Shown here one piece after another: positions 19,280-27,772 of a stretch of DNA of 34,127 nucleotides. Made by a program: the position numbers and the translations under genes. The notes under the pieces are model-generated. The model was not told the DNA's origin, did not search any database, and saw only the letters and a list, made by a program, of their open reading frames with translations. Every line of letters begins with the position of its first letter. Position 1 is the first letter of the stretch. Source of the stretch: an uncultured Oligoflexus sp. (GTDB taxonomy: Bacteria > Bdellovibrionota_B > Oligoflexia > Oligoflexales > Oligoflexaceae); the NCBI GenBank assembly GCA_964236955.1, contig CAXSGP010000049.1, positions 1 to 34,127 on the forward strand, read 5' to 3'.

Positions 19280-20842
19280 TTATTTAAGACGGGTGATTTC
19301 GGTTTCGTTTTCCTGGACTTCGGGTAACTCATGATTCTGCGTCGAGGTCTTGGGCGAGAGCGTGCCCTTGTCACAGGCGCGAACGAAGGCTTTGAGAATT
19401 TCCGGATCAAAGAGCTCGGCTTCGCTGTTGAGGCGCTCGACCGCTTCGTCCTGATCCATAAATCCCGAATAGGAACGCCCCGATACCATGGCATCAAAGA
19501 CATCGGCCAAGGCGACGATGCGGCCAAAGAAAGGAATATCTTCGCCGGCAAGGCCATCGGGATAACCTGTACCATCCCATTTTTCATGGTGATACTTAAC
19601 ACCCGAGACGATTTTTTTAGCGTTCGGCAAATGATGGATGATATGGGCGCCGAGGGTCGGATGCAGTTTCATCTCGGCATACTCCTCGGAGCTCAGCAGC
19701 GAGGCTTTTTTGAGAATGGAATCAGGTATTCCGATCTTACCCACATCATGGCAAAGAGCGCTGATCATCAGGAGCCGCTTGACGTCGGTGTGCAGGCGAA
19801 GTTCGTCGGCAATTGCCATCGCATAGGTCGACACGCGCTCGGAGTGCCCGCGGGTATAGGTATCCTTTGCTTCCACCACGCTAAGGACCGTCTCAATGAC
19901 CCCATCGAGCCAACCATCGAGTTCTTTGCGCAGGAGCATGGCCTCGATAAGGGGCGAGGTTCTTTGCAGAAGGGCCTGTGCGCACTCAAGTTCGTGCATG
20001 GCAAATTCCTGCCGCGGACTATCGATTTCGATATGAACCAGAGCGACGATGTTTTCGTTGTGCATAACGGGCAGGATCACGCGGTTACGGCCCTGTAGCG
20101 TGGCTTTGACTTCGGGTGACAGGAGAATGCCCTGTTTGCGCGAGAGCGCATCCTCAAAGGCGCTGCGGCTTAAAAGAAAACCGGGAGCTTCCTTCGTATA
20201 CTGTTTGGTGGCATAGGGAACGAGTTGCCTGGCGTGATTCGACCAGATAAAAATTGCCGAACGCGAGGCGTTTTTGACGATTTTCCCCACACTCTTGAGC
20301 AGGGTGTGGCAGGTTTCCTTCAGATCTTTGATGACAATAAGGTTACTATGGTAGTTAAAGATATCATTGATCGCCTGGCCATTGCTCATCATATTGTTGG
20401 CCAAAGCCGTGGGATCGAGGCGGATGGCCCGCTTAAAATGATGACGGTGCGGATTTTCGAGGTCGATCGGCATCTTCAGGCCTTCATCCATCTGCATATC
20501 GAACTGGGTGATATCGGAGGTGATATGGATGCCGGCATCGGGAGCGACGAAAGTGAGTTCGGTTGAGCCCACTAAAATTTTATCGCCGTTGCTCAGGGTC
20601 GAGTTGATGACGCGATCGCCGTTGATATAGGTACCGTTGCGAGACTCGAGGTCTTCGAGAATATAGAGCCGGCCGCGTTGCTTGATGCGCAGATGGTGCC
20701 TTGACGATTCAGAATCGCGAATAACGACAGTATTGGTCGGGTCTCGGCCAATCGATGCCGGAAATTCCTTGAGCTCAATGCGGATACCCGCATTGTGTCC
20801 TCGTTCAACGATGAGAAAGGCAGACGTCATATAGGCTTTCAT
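19280..20842 (-). CDS. FHA-GAF-HD-GYP cyclic-dinucleotide phosphodiesterase
   Basis: FHA with IGRD, SSRHH and SRNGT; GAF-like middle region (LPVMHNENIVALVHIEI...F); HD-GYP with DTYTRGHSERV, HDVGK, HHEKWDGTGYPDGL and ADVFDAM-x-x-x-RSY. The start could be 20830. Confidence 0.93.
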   Translation of the reverse strand: MKAYMTSAFLIVERGHNAGIRIELKEFPASIGRDPTNTVVIRDSESSRHHLRIKQRGRLYILEDLESRNGTYINGDRVINSTLSNGDKILVGSTELTFVAPDAGIHITSDITQFDMQMDEGLKMPIDLENPHRHHFKRAIRLDPTALANNMMSNGQAINDIFNYHSNLIVIKDLKETCHTLLKSVGKIVKNASRSAIFIWSNHARQLVPYATKQYTKEAPGFLLSRSAFEDALSRKQGILLSPEVKATLQGRNRVILPVMHNENIVALVHIEIDSPRQEFAMHELECAQALLQRTSPLIEAMLLRKELDGWLDGVIETVLSVVEAKDTYTRGHSERVSTYAMAIADELRLHTDVKRLLMISALCHDVGKIGIPDSILKKASLLSSEEYAEMKLHPTLGAHIIHHLPNAKKIVSGVKYHHEKWDGTGYPDGLAGEDIPFFGRIVALADVFDAMVSGRSYSGFMDQDEAVERLNSEAELFDPEILKAFVRACDKGTLSPKTSTQNHELPEVQENETEITRLK

Positions 20843-20864
20843 GGCAAAGAAGAACTCAACTATC

Positions 20865-20891
20865 CTATCGGCAAAATTGAAATTCTATTGA
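20865..20891 (-). promoter_or_regulatory. Putative sigma28 promoter for the FHA-GAF-HD-GYP gene
   Basis: Minus strand TCAATAGA-N11-GCCGATAG; the -10 matches GCCGATAA at 7/8 positions. Confidence 0.55.
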
Positions 20892-20896
20892 GTGTC

Positions 20897-20923
20897 TTAA
20901 GTTTGGTCGCCATCTGCCGAAGG
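20897..20923 (+). promoter_or_regulatory. Putative sigma28 promoter for the divergent secreted protein
   Basis: TTAAGTTT-N11-GCCGAAGG versus TAAAGTTT-N11-GCCGATAA; 30 nt before ATG 20954. Confidence 0.55.
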
Positions 20924-20953
20924 ATAAGGATGCCGCAGTCGATTGGAGCTAAT

Positions 20954-21376
20954 ATGAAAATATTCATTTGTTCAGCCTATATACTTCTTGCCCTGGAACC
21001 TTTGCACGCCAAGGCCTTAGCGCCCTTAGGCAAGCGAAAATACCTGCTCGACCCGAAGCGTCCGGAACGACCCGCGCAAATTGAAGGCATTGATGCACCG
21101 GCCTCTAACCTTGAGGCCGGAGTGATGCGCGATCCCATTCCCCTGGGAGCGAAGATTGAGTTGCCTAAAAAGGCCTGGAAGGAAGCGCCACCAGTGGCGG
21201 CGAAGACCTCAAGTCTCAAATTTGAAAAGGTGGCCGTGAGCGGGCGTTACGCAGTGCCACGGGTCCCCTTGGATAAGAATAGCCGCGAGCTTAGGCATGC
21301 CAACGAACCCGTCAGGCACGACTATAGGAAAAAGGTCGAAGATTCCGAACAAATCCTTAAGGATCTGAACTGGTAA
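20954..21376 (+). CDS. Secreted protein with a GltF/CglF-like C-terminal motif
   Basis: GGAG SD; signal peptide MKIFICSAYILLALEPLHA; C-terminus LKFEKVAVSGRYAVP...VRHDYRKKVEDSEQIL. The CDS is solid but the family call is tentative. Confidence 0.6.
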   Translation: MKIFICSAYILLALEPLHAKALAPLGKRKYLLDPKRPERPAQIEGIDAPASNLEAGVMRDPIPLGAKIELPKKAWKEAPPVAAKTSSLKFEKVAVSGRYAVPRVPLDKNSRELRHANEPVRHDYRKKVEDSEQILKDLNW

Positions 21377-21567
21377 AGATCCCCCCCGCAGCTCAGCCCA
21401 AAGGCCAGCCCCCCCAGGGTCCTTTCCCGTTTTTCGACCGGGCCTGTTCATAACTATGTTCTAATTTATAAAAAGGTTGTATCACCTACCTGGCTGTCTG
21501 GTCAATTATTTACCACCGGCTTTATAAATTGTGAAAATAGTCCAAGTGTACATCAACCGGGTATTTC

Positions 21568-22137
21568 ATGAGTTTAGTACAGTCATTTCAATTACTTGAT
21601 CTTAGAATTCTACGCTTTATCAATAGCAGCCAAGCCCATCCTTGGAACGATTTTGTATTTAAGTTTTGGAGTTCGGAGGTCCCCTGGTTTGTAATGACCG
21701 GCTTTTTTTTCATTCAAACTGCTTACCGTAGGCAGTGGCGAAATTTTAAAACCCTGCTCTGGTTGGGCATGACTATTGGTCTAAGTGACGCGATTGCAGC
21801 CCAAATCATTAAACCCTGGGTGGCAAGAATTCGGCCCTGTCGTATCACCGATTTGGTGCGTATCGTTAACGGCTGTGCGGGAAGCTTTGGTTTTCCCTCG
21901 AATCATGCCGCCAATGGAGCCGCCTTTGCCGTGTTTTGGCTGTTATGGAAAGGCCCACGCAGCGGGCTGCTAGCTCTCGGCTGTGCATGTTTAGTAGGCT
22001 TTTCCCGTATCTATCTGGGTGTGCACTACCCAAGTGATGTGCTCGCTGGCTTTTGCTTCGGCGGGAGCGTGGGGGCACTCTCCTATGCCCTTTACGCACG
22101 CGTTTTTAAGCAGGCGGAGCAAAAGCGAGAGCCTTGA
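21568..22137 (+). CDS. PAP2 family membrane phosphatase (undecaprenyl-PP/lipid phosphatase-like)
   Basis: K-x6-RP (KPWVARIRP), FPSNH and SRIYLGVHYPSD. Confidence 0.95.
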   Translation: MSLVQSFQLLDLRILRFINSSQAHPWNDFVFKFWSSEVPWFVMTGFFFIQTAYRRQWRNFKTLLWLGMTIGLSDAIAAQIIKPWVARIRPCRITDLVRIVNGCAGSFGFPSNHAANGAAFAVFWLLWKGPRSGLLALGCACLVGFSRIYLGVHYPSDVLAGFCFGGSVGALSYALYARVFKQAEQKREP

Positions 22138-22208
22138 TCCTTTGGCAACGACGCCAGCATCAAAAGGCTTTGGAATAAATCCCAAACCCTCCGTCGCAGG
22201 TTAGGGTC

Positions 22209-22316
22209 GGTCCGAGAATGGCGATGGCTGCGTTACGGCGGCAGAAAAAATCTGCATTTATGGGGAATAAACTGCCTTTTTCTACTGTCTCGCGCCTTGC
22301 CATCCCAATCCGGACC
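22209..22316. repeat. 108-nt imperfect palindrome (REP/MITE-like element or structured RNA) between convergent genes
   Basis: Nested pairings GGTCCG/CGGACC, TGG/CCA, GATGGC/GCCATC, CGGCAGAAAAA/TTTTTCTACTG, GCA/TGC and TTTAT/ATAAA. Confidence 0.65.
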
Positions 22317-22347
22317 CCCACACCGTTAATGTCGTCTCAAGTGATAA

Positions 22348-24501
22348 TCATGGTTCTTCGGGGAAGAATTTGCCGTCTTTTTCAGAAAGCTCACGCAGCA
22401 TCTTTGCAGGCGCAAAGCGGGCGCCAAACTTTTCTTCCAAACTCTTGAGTTTGCTCAAAACGTTTCTTGCGCCCAGGTGATCGACATACTTCAAAGGGCC
22501 ACCCACAAAGGGGGGAAAACCCAAGCCAAAGACCGCTCCAATATCGCCGTCATAAGCATGGTTAAGAACGCCCTCTTCCAGGCAACGAATGGTCTCGTTG
22601 ATAAAGATAAATACGCAGCGATCCTGAATGTCTTCAGCAGGTACGAATTTATAGCTGCGCTTGTCATTGCCCATCATTTCGTAGATCGTTTCGTCGGGAC
22701 CGACCTTATTGCCCTCTTGATAGGTGAAAAATCCTTTGCCATTTTTTCGGCCCAATCGTCCCGACTGCTGGATGGCCTGGAGCCCATGCGGCAGCTTCAC
22801 ACGATCAGGAAACGATTCCTTCATTTCATCGAGGACGTGAATACCGACGTCGATACCGACTTCATCCATGAGGGTGATCGGTCCCACCGGAAAGCCAAAG
22901 TCGGTCAAGGCATTGTCGATTTCCTCGATATTTGAGCCTTCCTCAAGCAGAAGCGACGCCTCGGCTAGGAAAAATGCCAAGGCCCTTGTCGTATAAAAGC
23001 CGGGGCTGTCTTTCACGACGATAATCTGCTTGCCCATCGTTAGGCCCAAGCGGAAGGCCCGATCGGCTGCCCAATCGGCGGTTTTATCGGTCACGACGAT
23101 TTCAAGCAGCGGCATTTTTTCAACTGGCGAGAAAAAATGCATCCCGAGGACGCGTTCGGGATTTTTAGCATGGGCGGCGATACGCGAGATCGGCAAAGCC
23201 GAAGTATTGGATGCAAAAACCTGATTGGGATGGGACTTGGATTCGGCTTGAGCGAGAAGCTCCTGCTTTAATCCAAGGTCTTCAAATACAGCTTCAATGA
23301 CGATATCCGCTGTTTTAAAACCCTGCAGGTTTTGACCGGGCGAGATGTGAGCCATCTTCGTTGAAAATTCAAAGGGCTTCAAACGGCCCTTCTTAACCTT
23401 CTTCATAAAGTATTTCGAGGCACTGGCCATAGCCCGTTTGCTCGAATCCTTGTTGGGATCCGAAAGCATCACCCGGACATCCTTGTCGGCCAGCACAGTG
23501 GCAATGCCGGCGCCCATAAATCCGGAGCCGATGATGCCAACCGTATCCGTCGTCGCATCGCCGAAGTGCTTTTTACCCGCCTCGGCATAGGGGTTGCGCT
23601 TGGCTGCGGTGGTGGCATGGAAGAGGTGAATCAAGCTTTTGCTTTCGCGCGTGAAGGCCAGCTCGGCAAAAAGTTTGGATTCAAGTTCGAGGCCCTTCTC
23701 AAGCTTACGGTCAAAGGCGGCAAAAACGGCCTCAAGAGCTTTATAGGCAGCTGGATAGAAGCCTTTGGTGTTTTTATCAATGGCCTCCCGGGCCTTCTTT
23801 TCAACGATGGCCCGACCGAAGGGGTTGGCTTCGGTGGCAAAGTGCATCAGATCCTTGCCAAGGGTCTTGGGGCTAAACACCGATTTTTTAGCCGGTTTCT
23901 TACCCTTGCGGACCAGATCGAGAGCGACGCTCTCAAGGATTTTGGAATGCACGGCTGCCGACGCCAGACCCAGTTTAACGGCTTTTCTGCCGCTGACGCG
24001 TTTACCGGTAAGGATCATGTCAAGCCCATCCGCGAGGCCGATGAGCCGGGGCAGGCGCTGCGTGCCGCCGGCACCTGGAATAAGACCCAGCTGAATTTCC
24101 GGGAGGGCAAGGGTCGCCCCTTCGGCGATCACGCGGAAGTCGCAGGCCAAAGCCAGTTCCAGTCCGCCGCCCAGAGCCTGTCCTTCGATGGCGGCAAGGG
24201 TCGTAAAGGGCAAATTGTCGAGTTTGCTAAAGATGCCCTGCATCTGCTGCGAGCCGGCGCGGGCCTCTTCGAGCGTTTTGAAATGGGCAAACTCGTTGAT
24301 ATCAGCACCAAGGGCAAAGTCTTTCTTGGCGCTGATAATCACCAAACCTTTAATGTCTTTGCTTTCGCTTAAATCATCAAGGATATCATTGAGTTCACGG
24401 AGGAGCGGCTCGCCAAGGACCGTGACCGGTTTGTCGGCTGCGCCCATGCGCAAAATTTGGATATTATCGCTGGTTCTTTCAACTTTAAAGTATTGGGTCA
24501 T
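22348..24501 (-). CDS. fadJ: Fatty acid oxidation complex alpha subunit (enoyl-CoA hydratase/3-hydroxyacyl-CoA dehydrogenase)
   Basis: GADI, GGGLELALAC, LPEIQLGLIPGAGGTQRLPRLIG, GSGFMG, ASNTS, GMHFFSPVEKMPL and GLGFPPFVGGP. Confidence 0.93.
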   Translation of the reverse strand: MTQYFKVERTSDNIQILRMGAADKPVTVLGEPLLRELNDILDDLSESKDIKGLVIISAKKDFALGADINEFAHFKTLEEARAGSQQMQGIFSKLDNLPFTTLAAIEGQALGGGLELALACDFRVIAEGATLALPEIQLGLIPGAGGTQRLPRLIGLADGLDMILTGKRVSGRKAVKLGLASAAVHSKILESVALDLVRKGKKPAKKSVFSPKTLGKDLMHFATEANPFGRAIVEKKAREAIDKNTKGFYPAAYKALEAVFAAFDRKLEKGLELESKLFAELAFTRESKSLIHLFHATTAAKRNPYAEAGKKHFGDATTDTVGIIGSGFMGAGIATVLADKDVRVMLSDPNKDSSKRAMASASKYFMKKVKKGRLKPFEFSTKMAHISPGQNLQGFKTADIVIEAVFEDLGLKQELLAQAESKSHPNQVFASNTSALPISRIAAHAKNPERVLGMHFFSPVEKMPLLEIVVTDKTADWAADRAFRLGLTMGKQIIVVKDSPGFYTTRALAFFLAEASLLLEEGSNIEEIDNALTDFGFPVGPITLMDEVGIDVGIHVLDEMKESFPDRVKLPHGLQAIQQSGRLGRKNGKGFFTYQEGNKVGPDETIYEMMGNDKRSYKFVPAEDIQDRCVFIFINETIRCLEEGVLNHAYDGDIGAVFGLGFPPFVGGPLKYVDHLGARNVLSKLKSLEEKFGARFAPAKMLRELSEKDGKFFPEEP

Positions 24502-24514
24502 GATCTGTCTCCTT

Positions 24515-25837
24515 TTAGGCTATGCGTTCGATAAGCATAGCGCCTGCCATTCCACCAGCCGCACATATGGCGATCAGCCCCAGATTCTTGTTGCTACGAA
24601 TCAGCTCGTTCGAGAGCGTCATCACCAGCCGCGCCCCAGTCGCTCCAAACGGATGCCCAAGGGCCAGCGCCCCGCCGTTGACGTTGAGCTTTTCCTCAGG
24701 AATCGTACCAAAGGCTTGAGTATCCCCAAAGTAGTGCTGACAGAAATCCTTGGATTCCATCGATTTGATACAGCTTAGTACTTGGGCCGCAAACGCTTCA
24801 TGAATTTCAAAAAGATCGATACTGGCAAGCGTCAAACCATTGCGTTTAAGGAGAAAGGGAATGGCGACAGCCGGTCCAATCAACAGCTGTTCGAGTGGAT
24901 CAACGCCGACAAAAAAACTGTCGATGATACGGGTCTTGGGTTTCAGACCAAGATCTCGGGCCCGCTTTTCATCGGTGATGAGTGCCACCGCCGCGCCGTC
25001 GGTTAGGGCCGAGGCGTTACCAGCCGTAATGGTACCGTAAGCCTTGTCAAAGGCTGGGCGTATGCTCATAAGTTTTTCAAGGGTGGTATCGCCGCGGATC
25101 AGGTTATCCTTTTCCACAACCTCGAAACGATCGGGAGCCCAGATCGAAACGATCTCTTCATCAAACTTGCCAGCCTTTTGCGCGGCCGCAGCTTTCTGAT
25201 GGGAGGCGAGGGCAAACTTATCCTGCGCCTCACGGGTGATGCCGTTAAGCTTGGCCATAACCTCGGCGCTATCGCCCATGCTAAGGCCAGTCAAAGGCTC
25301 AGCGATGGCAGGCGCTTGGGGAAGCCAGGCCTTGGCATCGAAATGGGCAACGATCGCCAGCTTGTCGGCTGGCGATTTTGCCTTGTTCAAAGCCAGCAGA
25401 AACTGTCTGGCTTCTTTCGAGTAGGTAATGGGAACATCACTGAGAACTTCCACGCCGCCGGCCAAACCCATCAGAGGGTGGCCCGCTTTCACTTCTTTTG
25501 CGACGTCCGCAATCGTGTGAAGGCTGCTGGTGCACTGACGATTCACGACGTAGCCGTGAATGTGCGCCGGCAAACCCAGATTGATAATCGCATCCCGAGC
25601 CACATTGCCGTTTTTCGGCTGCGGCACCACCACGCCGGCACTGATCTCGTCTATCTCCATGGGGTCGATCTCAAGCTTGCGCAAGAGGCCATCGACCACA
25701 CGGCTGTAGATTTCCAAACAGTCAGCTTTTTCCAAAGCGCCGAATGATTTTACAAATGGTGATCGAACACCATCGATGAAGACAGGCTTAGAATTGCCTT
25801 CGGGAAGTAAAGCTCGATACTTGGACACGTTCAACAT
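24515..25837 (-). CDS. fadI: Acetyl-CoA C-acyltransferase (trifunctional-enzyme thiolase)
   Basis: NRQCTSS, HEAFAAQ, GHPFGATGAR and CAAGG; GGGAG SD before ATG 25837; adjacent to fadJ. Confidence 0.92.
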   Translation of the reverse strand: MLNVSKYRALLPEGNSKPVFIDGVRSPFVKSFGALEKADCLEIYSRVVDGLLRKLEIDPMEIDEISAGVVVPQPKNGNVARDAIINLGLPAHIHGYVVNRQCTSSLHTIADVAKEVKAGHPLMGLAGGVEVLSDVPITYSKEARQFLLALNKAKSPADKLAIVAHFDAKAWLPQAPAIAEPLTGLSMGDSAEVMAKLNGITREAQDKFALASHQKAAAAQKAGKFDEEIVSIWAPDRFEVVEKDNLIRGDTTLEKLMSIRPAFDKAYGTITAGNASALTDGAAVALITDEKRARDLGLKPKTRIIDSFFVGVDPLEQLLIGPAVAIPFLLKRNGLTLASIDLFEIHEAFAAQVLSCIKSMESKDFCQHYFGDTQAFGTIPEEKLNVNGGALALGHPFGATGARLVMTLSNELIRSNKNLGLIAICAAGGMAGAMLIERIA

Positions 25838-26055
25838 ACTTATCTCCCGATAGTCCTTGGGTCCTTTTATCCTATCAATTTGGTGATTTTTTGCCGATTG
25901 TACAAGGTCTATTTTCCTCAGCTTGCGCGCGAGCAAACAGGCAGGAAGTTTGAACCGGACAAGAGTCCAGAAAGTCAGCAGGCAAAGCCTTGCTAAGCGG
26001 CGCCAGGCCTAACGCCTCAGCAAAGTTTAAAAACATACAGCTGTAAACTGAAGGC

Positions 26056-26442
26056 TCAAAGCTGGCCGCGGGTTTTAATACTGGCCATGATTTGTTCGAT
26101 TAGTTTTTCATCCTGCGGACTCAGGTTGACAAAGCTCCCGCCCATGCGGAACCGTTTGTCGTCGAACCAGCGGCATTCGCAAAGGCAGGAAAAGGTTGTG
26201 GGTTTGGCAAAGCCAAGGGGGATCAGTGGGATATGAAGCCAATAGCGACGGCCTGGGGCGGAGACCGTTTCACCGGTAAACTCAAGCTTGAAGCCGCCGG
26301 CACTGATGTCAAGAACCACCGCGCTGTAGCAAAAAAAAGGCAGGCGCTTGTACTGGCGAAGTTCAACCAGAGTATGCGACAGGAAGCGCTTGGCGCGATT
26401 TTGTAGAATTGGATCATCCGTCGATTCTTCGGGTAACGCCAT
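26056..26442 (-). CDS. PilZ domain protein
   Basis: NRAKRF plus DISAGG (D-x-S-x-x-G), then CRW...MGGSF-x-x-L and a terminal helix; GAGGA SD. Confidence 0.85.
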   Translation of the reverse strand: MALPEESTDDPILQNRAKRFLSHTLVELRQYKRLPFFCYSAVVLDISAGGFKLEFTGETVSAPGRRYWLHIPLIPLGFAKPTTFSCLCECRWFDDKRFRMGGSFVNLSPQDEKLIEQIMASIKTRGQL

Positions 26443-26536
26443 GGATCAGGTCCTCTTCTTACTCTAAGTCTCCTTCATTATAGGGAAGAGAAGGCAAGGC
26501 GTCCAATCGGAAAAACAACGGACCTGAGGCCAGGGC

Positions 26537-27691
26537 TTAAATCGAAGTCTGAACGTTAAGCTCCCACTGCTGCTTACGTGAAAATTTAGAGTTCAAAGCA
26601 TTGTCGGGCAGGTTATTGAAAAGCTCAACCACGGTTAGGTTTTTTCTATAAAAGAATCCGGCTCGGTAGCGCTTCTCGAGATTGTAGTGTTCAAGCAGCG
26701 TGCTGAACGGCCCGTAGTAGAGATAATCGGCAATTACGAGCTTGATCGGTTTAAACTTGTCATTATATTCACCGTAGACATTGAAGCGATCATAGAGGGG
26801 CAGACGCAGGCGGTGAATGACGCTTTCTTTGTGCAATCCGTTTACGAAAAGGATGTCGCTACTATAATAGCCCTGGACCTGCTCAAGGGAAAGCATCTGG
26901 TCTGGCATAGGTTTGGCGGCAGTAGGCAAAGCGCGGGGCGAAAACTTTCCCCGGAAACGATAATCAGGAATTAAAGTCCGCCATTGAGCGCCTTCGGGCT
27001 TGGCTTCAGGAGCAGCGGCATAGGCGTAGGGGTGTTCAGGAACCGGGTTCAGCGCGATCGGCCCAATTTCATAGTGGAGCCGAGCCTTCGGGGCGTTTTG
27101 AAAATAGAGCAGATCGTCTTCACCCTGGTCGATGGAGGCAACGCGCAGCGCCTGGGCACTGGGTTCGATGCCGGTAAGGATCAGGCCGTAGGTGACCGGG
27201 GTGCCATTGGCAATGGCTACGGGTTGAACGGCGGCCTCGGATTGATCAAAGCGAAAGCCAGCTTTGAAGGATTCGGGCACGATATCGATATGAATTTCTT
27301 TGCCAGCGTAGGTTTTGGCATTTTTAAACAAAGTCCAACGGGTGGCATGGGTGGCGTTGGCATCATATTTGGGGGCATTGCGCTGCGGCCCGAGATAGCC
27401 TTCGCCAAAAGACTTAGGCCGCGTGCCGCTCTCACTTTGGATTTTGAGCACCGTGCGCTGCTGCTCAACATTATTTAAGCCCTTGACAAGGGCCTCTTTC
27501 AATAGGGTGACGAAGGGAAGGACGGTTTCTGAGGCGACTGGATTGGGCGTCTCTTTGAGGAAGGGCAGACTCGAAATCCAGGGCCCCTGTTCAAGGGTCG
27601 AGGAAAAGTCCTGCGACCATCCTGACGAGGAGCATGTGGCCCATACGCAGTATGCTTTTGCAAGGTTTTTGCAAGTCGATACAAAACGCAT
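26537..27691 (-). CDS. Hypothetical exported protein, possibly with a C-terminal beta-rich/outer-membrane domain
   Basis: 384-aa ORF with a signal-like N-terminus (...SSSGWS/QDF); C-terminal alternating aromatic/hydrophobic strands ending QQWELNVQTSI; no family recognised. Confidence 0.7.
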   Translation of the reverse strand: MRFVSTCKNLAKAYCVWATCSSSGWSQDFSSTLEQGPWISSLPFLKETPNPVASETVLPFVTLLKEALVKGLNNVEQQRTVLKIQSESGTRPKSFGEGYLGPQRNAPKYDANATHATRWTLFKNAKTYAGKEIHIDIVPESFKAGFRFDQSEAAVQPVAIANGTPVTYGLILTGIEPSAQALRVASIDQGEDDLLYFQNAPKARLHYEIGPIALNPVPEHPYAYAAAPEAKPEGAQWRTLIPDYRFRGKFSPRALPTAAKPMPDQMLSLEQVQGYYSSDILFVNGLHKESVIHRLRLPLYDRFNVYGEYNDKFKPIKLVIADYLYYGPFSTLLEHYNLEKRYRAGFFYRKNLTVVELFNNLPDNALNSKFSRKQQWELNVQTSI

Positions 27692-27772
27692 AAAACGTGA
27701 ACTCCGGTTAACATTTTGGTCTGCGACGATTCTATGAAGGATGAGAACGAAAAGGTCAGTGAGCACTGTGTC

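Noticed and set aside
22141..22347. 6S RNA or SRP RNA identity for the long hairpin
   Set aside because: The SRP GGAA-loop/AGCAG motif is absent, and the paired region is shorter than a typical 6S RNA with no clear large central bubble; kept as an unclassified palindrome pending an Rfam search.
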